Assembly (NCBI RefSeq): GCF_009914755.1
Contig: NC_060937.1
Strand: one strand, 5' to 3'
Source: the human T2T-CHM13v2.0 reference genome, Homo sapiens
DNA: 64,000 bases
The position numbers and the translations under genes were made by a program. Within the stretch, counting starts at the first letter, position 1. The number at the start of each line of letters is the position of its first letter. Below are positions 45,748 to 60,684 of the stretch, piece by piece. Below the pieces are notes generated by a model that did no database searches, was not told where the DNA came from, and saw nothing but the letters and a program-made list of their open reading frames with translations.

Positions 45748-46569
45748 CTTCTCAAAAGAAAACATTTATGCTGTAAAAAAGCATATGAAAAAAAGCTCAA
45801 TATCACTGACCGTTAGAGAAATGCAAATCAAAACCACAATGAGATAACATCTCACACCATTGAGAATGGTGATATTACAAACTCAAGAAACAACAGATGC
45901 TGGTGAGGCTGTGAAGAAATCGGAATGTTTTTACACTTTTGGTGGGAATGTAAGTTAGTTCAACCATTGGAGAAGATATTGTGGCGATTCCTCAGAGATC
46001 TAAAACCGGAAATCCCATTTGACCTAGCAATCGCATTACTGGGTATATACCCAAAGGAATATAAATCATTCTACTATAAAGATACATGCAAGCATATGTT
46101 CGTTGGCAGCACTATTCACAATAGCAAAGACATGGAATCAACCCAAATGCCCACTGATAATAGAATGGATAAAGAAAATGTGGTACATATATACCATGGA
46201 ATACTATGCAGCCATAAAAATGAGCAATATCATGTCCTTTGCAGGGACATGAATGGAGCTCAAAGTCATTATCCTCAGCAAACTAATGCAGGAACAGAAA
46301 ACCAAACACCGCATGTTCTCACTTATAAGTGGGAGCTGAAATGAGAACACATGCACACAAAGAGGGGAAAAACACACACTGGTGCCTGCTGGGTAGGTGA
46401 GGGAGAGCATCAGGATAAATAGCTAATGCATGCAGGGCTTATTTAATACCTAGGTGATAGGTTAATGGGTGCGACAAACCACCATGGCATATGTTTAGCT
46501 GTGTAACAAACCGCACATCTTGCACATGTATCCGAGAACTTAAAATTTAATTTAATTTAATCAAAAAAG
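45748..46569 (+). mobile_element. 5'-truncated L1PA (about PA8-PA12) 3' end
   Basis: ORF2 C-terminus plus 3' UTR; 16-bp TSD aaagaagtgacactgt / aaagcaatgacactgt (45732-45747, 46570-46585). Confidence 0.92.
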
Positions 46570-46984
46570 AAAGCAATGACACTGTGTTTCTGAATGCCTT
46601 AAAAATAGGTTGATAAACCTATTTTGCAATGCTCTGTGAATACAAACATTAGCACTCTTCTTGGAGGTAAACTTTAGTATCACACATTTTGCAGGAAACT
46701 TTTAGAGACTACTGATATGATAATAAGTATGATAATGTCATACTTACATGATATAATAAGATAGGTGCATTTTTTAATTAGTCAAATGAAAGAATCGTGC
46801 AACACAAGGTGCTGGCTCTCTCATCTTTGCCTGAGTCTCATAGCTGTGCTGAACTTTTCACAGCCAACTGTTCATGGAAATCATGAGCTCTTCCTGGTCC
46901 AGCTGAGGACACAGCTTCTGCTACATGTCTGGGATTGTACAGAGAAAGAAAGGAAGACTCATGGCCCCAAAACACTAGGAAACA

Positions 46985-47170
46985 GAAAATCTGAATTCCA
47001 GAGTCTGTTCCATCTGAGAATTGCTGAGTGTAACTTTAAGCAAGTTACATTTCAGGACTTCGGCTCTCAATCTGTAAAACAAGGATAGCAAATCATCTTC
47101 TACCTACCCCAGCATTGTTGTGGAAACTAAAACAGATATTTGATGTGAAGCCACAGTGAAAGTTATGAAT
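46985..47170 (+). mobile_element. MIR SINE
   Basis: taactttaagcaagttac...tctgtaaaacaaggatag. Confidence 0.65.
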
Positions 47171-49156
47171 AGGTACAGAAACACTTAAGATAATTCTTTT
47201 GTGCTTGAAAATATTAACCATTTATTAATTTAGCAAACTTTTGTAGAAAGTCTATTATGTGCTGCCTACAGACTATTGGATGGGTTGCTGGTTAGATATT
47301 CTAACTTCAGGACCTTTTTGGGTGACCTCCAAATCTGCTCATTGGCTGTTTATCCAGACTGGAAATATGCATGCTAAATAGTTCCTCAAGGCCGCCGCCC
47401 AATAGGTAAACTCCAATACACACTTTACATTATTTAATAACTTACTATAGAAACAAGAAGACAAGTGGGATGGATGCAACCCATGAGCTTGTTAAGGTCG
47501 TTAGTGAATGGAATAATGGGTATTAAACATACATAGAAAAGAAGGGAAGGATCAAGAGACACCCAGTGTTCTCAAGACACTAAATAAACATAAGCCATCA
47601 GGGTGGGAAGTATCCAAGTTACTCTAAATATGGACGAGCCATGATACAGCAAATATACAAGAAACATTCAGTCCTTTCTCAGGACACACTAAATATACAC
47701 GAGCACTCGGTATGCCTGAGACCTTGACTTAGCCGCCGACTGGTGACACCCACTCTGGTCCCAGAGTCTTCTGCCCCAGCAATGCAATAAATCCCAGGGC
47801 TGTTCAGCTAGCTGGGGACAATCCACAGCCATCTTCCAGGCTTACTTATCCCTGTGTCTCTCCAGGAGACCAAATGAGTGCTATTAACCCGGGACATCTT
47901 GCTCAAACCTCAATTACTCCATCTGCAGGAAAGATGGATGTGGCATTGAGAGAGAGCCTGTGCGTGTAGAAACACTGCACATCCTGGGATTCAGGAGTAC
48001 GACTCCTCCACCCCATTTGCACCCTATCCTAACTGTTAACTTACCCCATCTACTCTCCCTTGGGTCTAGATGCAAACTGATTAATACACCATGGTCTATG
48101 AAAAGTTTAAGTTGGTCTATGAGTTTTTCTGTTCAGTCACCTGTGGGATCACTTTCTTAGGATTGTACTTATAGTCTACCAATGCACAGAGCGAATCTCC
48201 CACACGACAGCACTCTTCTAAAGCAGCTGCAGAGTTTGACCCTACGAACTAACCCTGACAATCAGACGCCATCCGACATCCCTGCTGTCCCCACCAATGT
48301 TGCTATGCTAATGTCACAGTGTCCTCTGATCCTGTTACTTGGATGACAGGAACTCTTAAGCCATACAGCTATTGCTAAAATTAACACCTTCTATTAATTG
48401 AGGTCTGGTCTAAGCCCTTTTTATCTATCATTTCATTGAATTGTCATGGGAAACCAGTGATATTAATGGTATAATTATCCTTCTCAGATGAGGAAGCTGA
48501 TATATAAAGATAAAGTTGTCTTGATCAAGAGCTAAGGTCACACAGCTAATAGGAGGTAGAGCTTAAACGCAATCTGAGCATTGTGGCCCCAGAACCCTCA
48601 CTTTAACTCCCACGTTCAAGGCTGTCTGTGGCCTTCGTGCTTGGCCTGTGAATTGTACAGTCTCTTAATGCACGTGACCCTCTTGAGCCTGTCAATGAAG
48701 CTCACTTTTTGTTATCTCCCCCACACCTCAGTGTACTTTGGATTTGAGAAAGAGACTATTTTAAAGGAGAGATCAGCAGGAAGCTAAGGGAACTGCATCT
48801 CAGGCTGGAATAAGGCTTTAAATTAAGAATAAATGCAAGATTCTGAGTTGTGTCCAGTGGTTAAGCCCTGGACGAAGGTGAGGGCCGAGGCAGTGTTCCC
48901 CTCGAAAGCTGCTCTTTGCTCTACAGTTCTTCACCACTGGGGAAGCTTAAGGGTAGATGGAATGAAAAGAGACTTACACTGTCACATGCAAGAGATTTAG
49001 GAAGCTTCATAAGAAATTGTTAGGAGGTCTTCATTTCATCTCAATTAGATCCCATTCTGTTCTTTCTAATCCTGCTCCACAAGGCTTTTCCTGTAACTTC
49101 ACACATATGATCGTATTTAGTCCACATCCAATCCTGTAATGAGGCAATGACTCTAT

Positions 49157-49320
49157 TTTACTTTATTTTTTCATTTTTATTGTTACTATTTTTTTTTCCA
49201 TAGAGACAAGGCCTCACTATGTTGCCCAGGCTGATCTTGAACTCCTGGGCTCAGGTGATCCTCCCACCTTGGCCCCCCCAGTGTGCTGGGATTACAGGTG
49301 TGAGCCATTGCACCTGGTCC
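49157..49320 (-). mobile_element. FLAM_C inserted in a MIR
   Basis: Monomer tagagacaaggcctcactatgttgcccagg...gcacctgg; MIR core resumes at ttagagatgagaaaatggaggctc. Confidence 0.85.
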
Positions 49321-51849
49321 CTGTGACTCTGCTTTAGAGATGAGAAAATGGAGGCTCAAAACTTGCAGTAATAGCCCCAGGTTACAATGCTGATAAATCA
49401 TAAAAGTTGATTATGATACTGGCCTTGATGACAGCAGGATACGTTCTTTCCATTTAATCTCATCACTGGTGAGCCTACACTGATAAGAAATTCACAGTCA
49501 TATTGTCACACTGCCTTTTCACCCGGTTCTATAAGGCACTCCCTGGCAATGAGTCATTCCTGCCTCAGCCCTTCTTCCGGAAGGAGGGGCTTGACCGGGC
49601 AGAGCAGCGGCTGATTTCCCGGGAGATCAGAAAGATGCAGATATGAGCAGGAGAAAGGACAGGAACTGGAAACCCGTAAACTGGGCAGAATTTAAATGCT
49701 CCTTTTCTCTGAGAGCGGTCCATTTTTACACATTGCAGAAATTTTCTCTGCTCCCACCTCCAAACTCACTCACAGTCCTTGATGTTTTTTGGCTGCATCA
49801 GCATATCCAGCAGTCAGGTTTCATAATTATCTTGTTGGTCACATGTGGCCCACATTTTCAGACATTCCGGAAATACACCGTGTGGTCTGTGCATCCACAC
49901 ACCTAACAGATCACTCGGGCAGCGCCGACCTGCAGAGCGACTCACCTCCCGTGTCATCTACCATCTGTGCTTACCTTGTTGCAAGAGGCAAGAAAATTCA
50001 GATGACATGGATTTGTTCCTGATTAATAGAACCGTAACCATTAATGAGCACAACTAGCACTAATATGCTTTTAAAACAGGAGCAAATTAGGCCTCTATGT
50101 AGTTGTAATATGTTATCAGCTAATTGATCGTTGCTGTTTTTTGTGGATTGTTAAAAAACAATGTGGATAAAACATGGTGGGAGGGATTTTAAAAAACAAT
50201 GCGGATAAGGAGACTATCTATGAAATAAACAAATGTTTAATTAAATTAAAATTGTACAATTCTTTTCACTTGTTAATTTTTTTAAGAAATCCTTTGAAAG
50301 AGTGCTTCTAATTAAAACCCAGATCAGTGGACCCTAAAGTACAGCAAAGGGACTTCAGGAGACTTTAAAGTGACTGCAGGAAGCCCAAGAATCCATATAG
50401 ATTGAAAGTCGTAACCACCTTTGGCATATTTATTACCATTTTCACATTTAAAATTACTATTTTCAAATGCAAATTTTCACTGAACAAAATGGAAATTCAT
50501 ATGCAATTGATACTGAATTCCTAGTAACTTTTGTTCTTAATCATTTAATTGATTGTTTTCTAAAAGTACACTTTCTTTTTTAGGAAAAAATCTGAGAGAA
50601 AAGGTCATTACAAAGTTGTCCTCCCATTCTAGGGGTCTGGGAACCACTGATCTAATCAGGTTCTCTTTTTCTGGTATTGCACCCATTTGAGTCACGAAGA
50701 GTGAACTTTTGACACAAGCTGTCAAGATTTCCTCATAGACACGAGTGATCTATATCTGAGTCAGCCTGGGATTTCTTCGTTTCTTCCTTTGCCTTTGGTA
50801 TTATTTGTGCAAATCAGCATTGTAAACCATTTTCCAGTGAGTTGTAATAGAAACCCAGGGCAAAAGGTCACTTCCGTTTTGGAGCCTCCCTGACTCTGCA
50901 GAGTTGCTCCCTCTGTCCTCTGCCCCAACACAATGCCTCATAATCCCCCTATTATACCCCTCAACTCAAAGCTCTTCTACCAGCTGCTTACATTATCTCC
51001 AAAAGAAAAGGGAAAGCTGAGATCCTGCTCCTTGGGAGAAGGTAGCTCTAGATCCAGAATCCTAAGTGTAAACATGTTACAGTAATTACAACATAGATGG
51101 CATCTACCAAGCACTAAATGAACCACAGGTAATACTGATCATTGATAAAAGTTAATTCTCTTTACACCACTTCTTCTTGATTCTGGCCCTTATAACATGA
51201 TTTAGAGACATCAGTAAATTCAGAGGGTAATAACACTAAGCATGGAAAACAGTGACCCAGGAGAAGGCCATGGAGTAGGGATGGTACAATAGGAGAATGA
51301 ATGAAGAAGATACAGGCTTTTCTAAAAAATGGTGAGGAAAGTGAGGCAAGAATCCTGGAGGCAAGTTAGGCAGGTGGTAAGAAGGGTAGCTAGTGCATAT
51401 GATATCTCTGTACTGTTGTTAATGCAAGTACTAACATATTCCATTTTCTGAAAAACACAAGGACAAATATACATTTAATTTCTCCACATTAAAGACAAAT
51501 AAGCTTACACTCAGAGAGGTTAAGTAAGTTGTCCTAAACCCCACTCACAATTAATGAGTGGCAGAGGGTGATTCGTATCCAGATGAGCCTGATTTTTGAG
51601 ATGCACCTTGAGCCAGGACAAAGTGGACATGGACTTACCTTCCATATCACCCCCGACGTCTTAGTCCACCACTCGGCATAGTACCACAGGTCTGGGATGA
51701 AGAACAGAGACAGAGGAGTCTGAGAGAGAGACTGGGGAGGGGTCACTTCTGTCAGACACATTATATTATTAAGTAGTTTTACATGAGCTTAATCCCTATG
51801 GCAAATGTATTGGAAAAGTATTACTGTTATCCTCTTTTTGGAGTCCTCT

Positions 51850-52154
<305 letters not shown>

Positions 52155-52506
52155 AGAGTCCTCTCTTTGAATTGAACTGAAACACAGAGGAGTTTATTGA
52201 CTTCCCTAATAGCACACTGGAAGGGACTGGTGGAACTGCTTGTTATCAGGAACTACCTTATTTACCTTTATCCATCATATAGCAGGATGTCTGGCTTCAG
52301 ATTAGTGTTCAATAAAGCATTCTGTAAATTGGTTAGATAAGAAGTTCAAGGGCAGACATGCCCTGCCTCTACAGGCAAGACCACTGGGGCTGAAAAAGAA
52401 GACAGGCAGGAGACGAGGCTTTCTCCCTCCCTCCCTCTTTCCCTCTTTCCATTTTTCTCTCCCTTCCCTCTTCCCTCCATTTCTTCTTCTGAAAATATAT
52501 ACAGAA

Positions 52507-52691
52507 ATTGGCTTTGTGTGAGACGATTTTGTTCAACTGCAGGCTAAGTGTCCTTAGCACGTTTGAAGAAGGCTGGGCTAAGCTATGATGTTCAGTAGTT
52601 TAGGTGTATTAAATTTATTTTTAACTTACAATATCTTCAACTAATGACGGGTTTACTGGGAGGGAACCCATCTTCATTCAAGGACTATCTG
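52507..52691. mobile_element. MER47/Tigger5-like TcMar DNA transposon fragment
   Basis: gctaagctatgatgttcagtagtttaggtgtattaaat...aacttacaatatcttcaact. Confidence 0.75.
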
Positions 52692-52719
52692 CACGGAGTA
52701 TCCACTATATGACAGAAAC

Positions 52720-54130
52720 TTCAATAGAAAACCTGAAAAAATGTAACCTCGCTTAGCCCTCAATAAGCTTGTAATAAAATGAGGGCACACAACTATAGTC
52801 AAACAATTAAAATGCAAAAATGTCATGATTAAATAATATTGAGTTTCCCTCTGTGGGGATACTTTAGATAATGCTGAATGATGAACAGAAATTGGAAGAA
52901 TTTTACAAAATGGGTGGAAGACCTTTCACACTGGGAGAACACAGGCATGAGGCAAAAACTGTGTGAGACAGAGGAAGCACAACTCTTCACTATGGCTGAA
53001 GGGAATAAGGAGTATGGGGTAACAGTGGGGTCACTGGGCTGTGAAGAGTATGGTACCTGCCAGGAAGGAGTCAGCACTCATCCTAAGAAACTGAAGAATG
53101 CAATCATGATCAGATTTGTATTTTAGAAAATCCCTTTAGCAGAAATAGAAATAAATGGTGGGAAGAGTGATTTGGGACAGGGAGATGAATCGGGCTATGT
53201 TTCTGTTAAACATTTGGAGTGAGAATAAGCAAAACCATGGGATCATTCTGAAGCTCTTCACAGAATATTCAGGTTTATGTAATGATGCATAGTTTAAAAT
53301 CCAGTATCTAACATGGCTAGCATGTACAGCCTAGAGAGGCATGTGCAATGCAAATGAAATGTTAAGATAGAAGAGAAGACAAACATATTTTACTTGTAAT
53401 GGAAATCATTTCAGATTATGTCCAGTTTTGTCTCAGGCTATCTCTCTGGGACTCCTTTCTAATTAGGGAGGAAAGGGGGGCGGGGGGGGGGGGCGGGCAG
53501 TTTTAGAAGTCCTAAGAAGGGAATATTGCTGTCATCCATAGAAGAAATGATGAAGATTTAAGAAAACGAAAGTAGACATGGAGAGAAATTGATGAATTCA
53601 AGTAATACCAAAAGGGTAAGATCAAGAGGACTTGGAGACAGTAGTGTGATGAAAGAAAAGAAGAAAAGAAGTCCAGGGTAACTGAGGTTTCTGCAGGAAA
53701 CGTGAGAGCTGGAAAAAGAGCTGCAGATGTGGAAATGAAGAGGATGATCACGGTTGTAGTTGTACCAAGCCAGAAGTGGCCATGGGGCTCTGAAATGAAG
53801 AAACGATCAAGATACAAAATAAGAAGTCATTGCACGCATTGACAATGGAAGCCTGGGTGTGAATGAGGCTCACCCAGGGAACATGCACACAGTAAGGAGA
53901 GAAGAAAGCCAAGAGGTCTCCCAGGAAACATGGATATTTTAAAGATAAGCAGTGGAAAATGAGGCAGCAAATGAAATGAAGAAGGCAATTTCAAAGAGTG
54001 AGGAGAAAAGTCAAGGAGATGGATGTTATGGACATAAAGAAAAGGACACATTTCAAAAAGGAGGAAGTCAACCCTGGTAAATGGTGCCCAAAAGTCAAGA
54101 ATGTTCTCTTGCTTTGGCCCCAGGAGAGTG
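52720..54130 (-). mobile_element. L2 LINE fragments (discontinuous)
   Basis: Purine-rich diverged L2-like blocks (gatcagatttgtattttagaaaatcc; gaagtccagggtaactgaggtttc). Confidence 0.55.
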
Positions 54131-54335
54131 AGAATGACCTTATGCAGGTAGTTACACTGGCGCATGCCCCGACAGAGGACAGCACTCCAAGTTTCAGTGA
54201 GCACCATGAGAAAGGAGAGCAGGACTTGACTGGGTCTACTGGGAGGAGGGCCAACCACGGAGGGTGTTCATAGTTACAAACGTAGGCACTGCCTGTCATT
54301 CCACCTAAAAGGCCATGCTCAAGAGTCATGTAAAA

Positions 54336-54742
54336 CACATGAAGACTGCAAACTTAATTGATAAATGTTGTGTGGGTTCTGACTGCTCCGCCAACTGTCT
54401 GTTTCTCCATCGGTTCATGAGGCTTAAGGAAAGAAGCCATCTCCATAACACAAGTGTAAGGCAAAGCAGCAAGTGCTGATGTAGAAGCTGCAGCAAGTTA
54501 TCCAGAAGATCTAGCTAAGATCTGATGAAAGATCAACATGCCAGATATAATAATGAAAAAGTTTGAAACATCACGAGAATCACCAACAGGTGACACACAG
54601 ACATGAAGTGAGCACATGCTGTTGGAAAAAATGGCACAGATAGACTTGCTTGCCACACTATTGCCACAAACCATTAATTTCTAAAACATGCAACTTATGT
54701 GAAGTGTAATAACGTGAAGCACAATACAGTGAGGTATGCCTG
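54336..54742. mobile_element. Rearranged Tigger1 DNA transposon fragments
   Basis: Two plus-strand internal pieces joined to a minus-strand 5' terminus that ends gaggtatgcctg followed by TA. Confidence 0.85.
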
Positions 54743-54806
54743 TATTTGACTGACCCGGGAATTCTGGCCTGTAGCTTCAAATCAAAATCCCAGACCAGGC
54801 ATGGTC

Positions 54807-54810
<4 letters not shown>

Positions 54811-54858
<48 letters not shown>
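54811..54858. repeat. (CA)n microsatellite
   Basis: About 22 CA units. Confidence 0.97.
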
Positions 54859-54859
<1 letters not shown>

Positions 54860-55720
54860 AAGGTATATCTTGGTAATTTTTCCAATTTATTTTACGTATA
54901 CTTTTTTCTTTTAAAGCAGAAGGATCCACTAAAGACTGTTTTCTACAGTGCTCCTCTGAGAATGCCAATTTACTACTGCAGTGTTCACTGAGTGTTCCCC
55001 AGACGAGGCATCAAAGGATGACTTCTTGTTTAATCTTTCCAGACACAGTTTTTTTTAAAGTAGGAATTGTAAGTAATTCTGCCCTTATCCCTAAAATAAT
55101 ACACTGGGAAAATTGCATTCCTACATTTGCCATTGTTATTCAGTGCTGCGTAAGTTTGTGTTCACTCTCCCTTACGAGTGTCTCCTATCACTAAGCTCAG
55201 CCCATTTAAAAGGTGTCAGGAGGATGACCCACCATGAACTGTGCTGTTTTCCATGCCCCAATGACATTGATTCCATCAGTGACTGTCAGAGCTTGGATGG
55301 AGATCCAGTTTATGTCTAGTAGCACAAGTAGCAAGGAAGGCCATGTTACCAGTGCCTCCATCTGGACGTGTAGTAAGTGGCAGAGCCCTTTCTATTTCAT
55401 CATAGTGGAGGCTGCGACTGTCTTGGGCACCAGTGCTGTGGCTACAAGGAAAGAGTTCTGGGGAGTTATTGGTGATACCCTATTCCTGGCTGTTTTTCAG
55501 TGTGGTATTAAAATTATTGATATACAATAATTATTTCTCTTAGTTATAAAAACTCTTTCTTTCTCATTTAGAAGGAAAACTACAATTGCTTCTCTTGAAA
55601 TTGAGTTCTAATCAATAGTATGATTATTTGCTGTTTTCTTAGCAACTCAACAAACCTTCAGTTTTATCTGGGTTTGTTGTACAATCTACAGCTTACTGTT
55701 GCTTAACTATCTCCATCCTT

Positions 55721-55728
55721 CACACACA

Positions 55729-55761
<33 letters not shown>
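55721..55761. repeat. (CA)n microsatellite
   Basis: About 20 CA units, one interruption. Confidence 0.97.
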
Positions 55762-57390
55762 CCCTATACGTGCATGTGTGGCCCTCTTGCATCTAATAGA
55801 AAGTACAATGTATTTGTACATTTCAAAGGTAACCACTAAAGCATGATTCATGAGGCATTATTGGGGATCTCTTTGTCTTTACTATGTTGTAAAGGTTGCA
55901 GTGGTGCTTACGCAATTTGGTTCTATTCTTGGCATTGTAAAGTCAGTTTAATCTCATTCTCTACATCTGGAGGCTTTTGCAGAGCAGTGACTATTACATA
56001 CTTAAGAGGATTGATATGACATGAATAGTGCTTGAGCGATTAGGTCTTGGAAGGGGATTTTGTGGGTGTGTCTTGCTTTCCTGTTCTATCATGCACTCTA
56101 GACCTCTGTAATACCTTTTTAAATAACTCTGACACATCTTTTGGGATCTTCCATAGCTTTTTTACATGCTTTTTTAGTCTTTTTATTAATCTCCTTACAT
56201 AGACTGCCTTGTTCTTTGCAGACCATTTTTCACCAGGGAGCTGTTCTTTATTTTCTGTTTTCCATGGTCTTCTCATGTAGTAAACATTCCAGAACCCACT
56301 CTTTTCTTTTCTTTTTTTTTTTTTTGAATTTAAAAATTTCCTTTTTGGGCATAATGTCAAATTCTAAAAGTTTTTCAGGTATTGTTCTTAAATTCCTCCA
56401 GGGAGTAAGTGATAACTTACTTTCCTATATTTCCTTCACCTAAACTTGAAAAGTGAATTTCATTTTCCCTTAAGAAATGATTATGTTATTTCAATGTTTT
56501 GAATGGGATATTTCTGGACTGATACCATCGTTTCTGCTGGTATTTTTTTTCTGAATGCATCTTTTTTTTCTGAACTATTTCTGAATTACTCAATGTGTTG
56601 TTTCCTCATCAGCATATAAAGCTGCCCAGACTAAATGTGTCTAAGGCTGAGATGTCAATGTTTGCTTTGCATCCACCTTCATACTCATAACCTGGCAGGA
56701 AACATCATGTGAAAATACTCTTTATAAGGATATTAATTATTAATATATCTCTCAACTCCACTCCATGCTAGTTTCACTCAAAAAGCAAAGAGATTTAATG
56801 CTAAGGCCCCTGAGGCAGTGAGGGTGCCACCTCTCAAATTGTGATAATCTTGTCGACATTTTGATATTGGTTTGCAAGGAAAATCCCTTTTAGGTGATGC
56901 TTTTGGCAGGACAGTGACACAATAATTTGTACCACACAACCTCCCAGGTAAGAGGGGACAGAATGCCTGTGAAACAAATAAGAAGATTAAGTTAACATGG
57001 GAGTTCCTTCAAACAAAATAACTCAGTGACACCCAGAAGTGTCAGTGGAAATTCAGGGAGCACAGGTTTTCAAAGAACTTTTGTGTCAGAAAGGAGCTTT
57101 TAAATTTGAACAGCTCAGGAATTAATAAGATCTGGGCCAACAAGCTTTGGCTCTATCCAGACTGCTTGTGTACTGACAGCTTTCTAATGTGGAGACAGAA
57201 AAGCTCTGGGCCTGGAAAGGGAGGCCTGAGCAGACTCAACTGAATCCTCAGGCAAGGGAGTCTTGACATGGTGGTGTTTTTGACCAATTGTGATGAAATT
57301 TCTGTTTATATTATAGCTTTGAGGTTTTAATCTTTAGAAATAAAGCTGGATGGCTAGTATTTATTTAAATGCATTTTCTTCTATCTAGAG

Positions 57391-57603
57391 CAGTGGTTCT
57401 CAACCAAGGGTGATTGTGCAGCCACTTTCTATGAGATATTTGGCAATGTCTGGAGATGCCAACTTGGGGGAGGGGAGCTACTGGCGTCTAGTGGGTAGAG
57501 ACCAGGGATCCTGCTACACATCCTATGATGTACAGCCCAGAACTCCCCAACAAATAATTATCTATTCCAAAATTTCAGTAAGTCCAAGGTTTAAACACCT
57601 TTG
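57391..57603. mobile_element. MER20 hAT-Charlie DNA transposon
   Basis: cagtggttctcaacc...tttggcaatgtctggaga...ctactggcgtctagtgggtagag. Confidence 0.9.
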
Positions 57604-59559
57604 TTTAGATCAATGGAATATACAATTATGTTTTTTTAACCTTATGATAGTCAAAGATGAAAGCATAAATTAATAATCAAAAATATACTTTGCAGTAATA
57701 ATTTCTGTTTCTGTACAAATCCTGAGCACTGGTTTCAGTTTCTGCAGATCCTCAGCTGATGCTTACTTCAATTGGAGAAAGAAAAGAGCATTTCGTGTGA
57801 GACAGTAATTTCACAATGAGACAGGGTTTTCCATTCATCCATCAGGCCTAAAGCAAAACTAATTTTGTAGTAAATTGTATTTCTTTATTGATTTTTATGG
57901 AATCTGTGCCGATTATAATAAAAAACTTAATAATGTATGTAATTGTTGATTGTTTTCTAAAATATAATTATAAGCCAATTATTCATTCTCACACAGCATC
58001 AAATAACAGAAACAATGAAAGTAAATCCTAAACTTCCTCAATCTAAATTGCCATAATTTTTAAGGAACACAAAAGGAAATTTTTGTTTTTGTGTTTCTAG
58101 TGGAAACCTTGGAAGTTAGGCCTAAGCAATGAAAATAAGCCTGACTTCGGGTACCCCTTTTTCATATTTGAGAGAAGTGTCTTAACTCAGTAATCGATAA
58201 TTAGCATAAATCTTTGCATGGAGATGAAAATGCATACTCTCTTTTTAGTTTTTAAAATGTCTAAATTGGTTATTTGCTAACTATGAGATTCATTCTTTTT
58301 TCTTTAGCTATTAAATGGACAGAAACAACGTGGGTACTAAAATGTTTAATTATTCTGTATATTTAAAAAAAAAAGTGTCCATTCAAATCAGTCTTCACGT
58401 AATGCCTTGATACTACAACTCTCCTCAAAGACTTGGATGTGGTCTTGGCCTCTGTCCTTCCACAGCAGAGTGTGGGTTGGCTGGGAAATCCCTTTTGGGG
58501 CATGGAGCTGACCTCAAGAAATGCACTGTGGGTGTGAGTGCAAGGGCCAAACAGTGTGCTTCCTTCTCCTTACTTAGTTTTGAGCCTCACACTTTCCCAA
58601 AGCAGCTTTTTCCATTTTCTCTGTGGGGATTTTACGTAGGGACATCTTAAAAAACTACTTCTCTCATACAATTTCCTGTCCATAATACCTTTCACAAGTG
58701 GACATCTGCTTAATCTAGAAATCCAAAGAAAACAATGTCACAGTATCCTCTTGTCCTGAGTTCCTAGTCCAGTACAACCGATAATACAAGCAGGCGCTTC
58801 TAACTCCACTTTTTCTCTGGGAAGTTCATTGCAGCCGGTTACAGCCGTATGGTTCCTCTATGCACCCGGAAGCTGAAAGCCACATTAAGCCCATGAAGGG
58901 GTAACTCTCCCAGCTTCTATCAGGTTTTCCTTTCCCATTGTGCAATGGTTTCCTCAGCCTTGCTGCCTACATTAGACTCCTTGCTTGCCAGTCAAAATCA
59001 CTTCAAAAATGTCTACATTTTCAAAGGTTCCTCGCTGAAAATCAATTCTGTGGTGCACATTTCAAAATGGCCCAAGCAAAGGATGATAATGTAGCCACTG
59101 TGGCCCCTCCAGGTCACTTCTGTTCATTTCCCTGATTTTCACCATATGCTCCACCAACTCTGGCCACTGGCAGTCCCCGGATCACACCACACCAGGATCT
59201 CCCAGTAAGAAGGGGAACTCTCACTGTGCCCACTGATCAGACACCCGTGTCCTCAGCCTGGATCATTCTATTTCCAGGACTCAACCTCGCCTTGGACTTT
59301 CTCAACTTTCCCTGACACTCCAGGGTGACAAGTGGTCTGTTTGAGTTTATCCCCTGTCCAGACGGCTTTCTGAGGCAGGGACAGGCTCTTAACAGGAGTG
59401 TCTCCCCAAGCCTGGCACATTGCCTGGTGCACAGGAGACTGAATTCATAAAAGAATGATGGGATGAATCAACAGACCCATGCTGAAACCTCAATCTAAAA
59501 AAGAAATTACAAAATCAAGTGGAGAAAGCTACCTATTTGACAGGGAAAGCTACAGATGA

Positions 59560-59907
59560 TGCTATGGACTGAATTGTGTCCCCCTGAAATTCTTGTGTTG
59601 AAGCTCTAATCCCCAATGTGGCTGTGTTTGGAGAGAGAGCTTTTACAAAGATCATTAAGGTTAAACAAAAGCATCAGGGTGGGGTCCTGATTCATTTGGG
59701 TTGGGGGCTTTAAAAGAAGAGAAATAGACACCAGGAGGAAGGGCCATGTGAGAACACAGCAAGAAAATGTTCTTCTGCAAACCAGGGAGACAGGCCCACA
59801 GAGAAACCAACCTTGCCAGCAACTTATTCATGGAAGTCCAGTCTGCAGAGCTATGTGGAAGGAATTTCTGTTGTTTAAGCAATCTAGACTGTGGTATTGT
59901 GGAAGCC
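59560..59907 (+). mobile_element. MLT1A-type MaLR LTR, interrupted at its 3' end by MLT2A
   Basis: tgctatggactgaattgtgtccccc...aatttctgttgtttaagc...gtggtatt. Confidence 0.88.

Positions 59908-60684
<777 letters not shown>

Noticed and set aside
53512-54338. Cluster of overlapping 90-143 aa ORFs
   Set aside because: They fall in purine/pyrimidine-skewed, L2-derived sequence that is poor in stop codons; no splice or homology support
58483-58492. NF-kB site GGGAAATCCC
   Set aside because: A single degenerate 10-mer without a supporting cluster; plausible by chance
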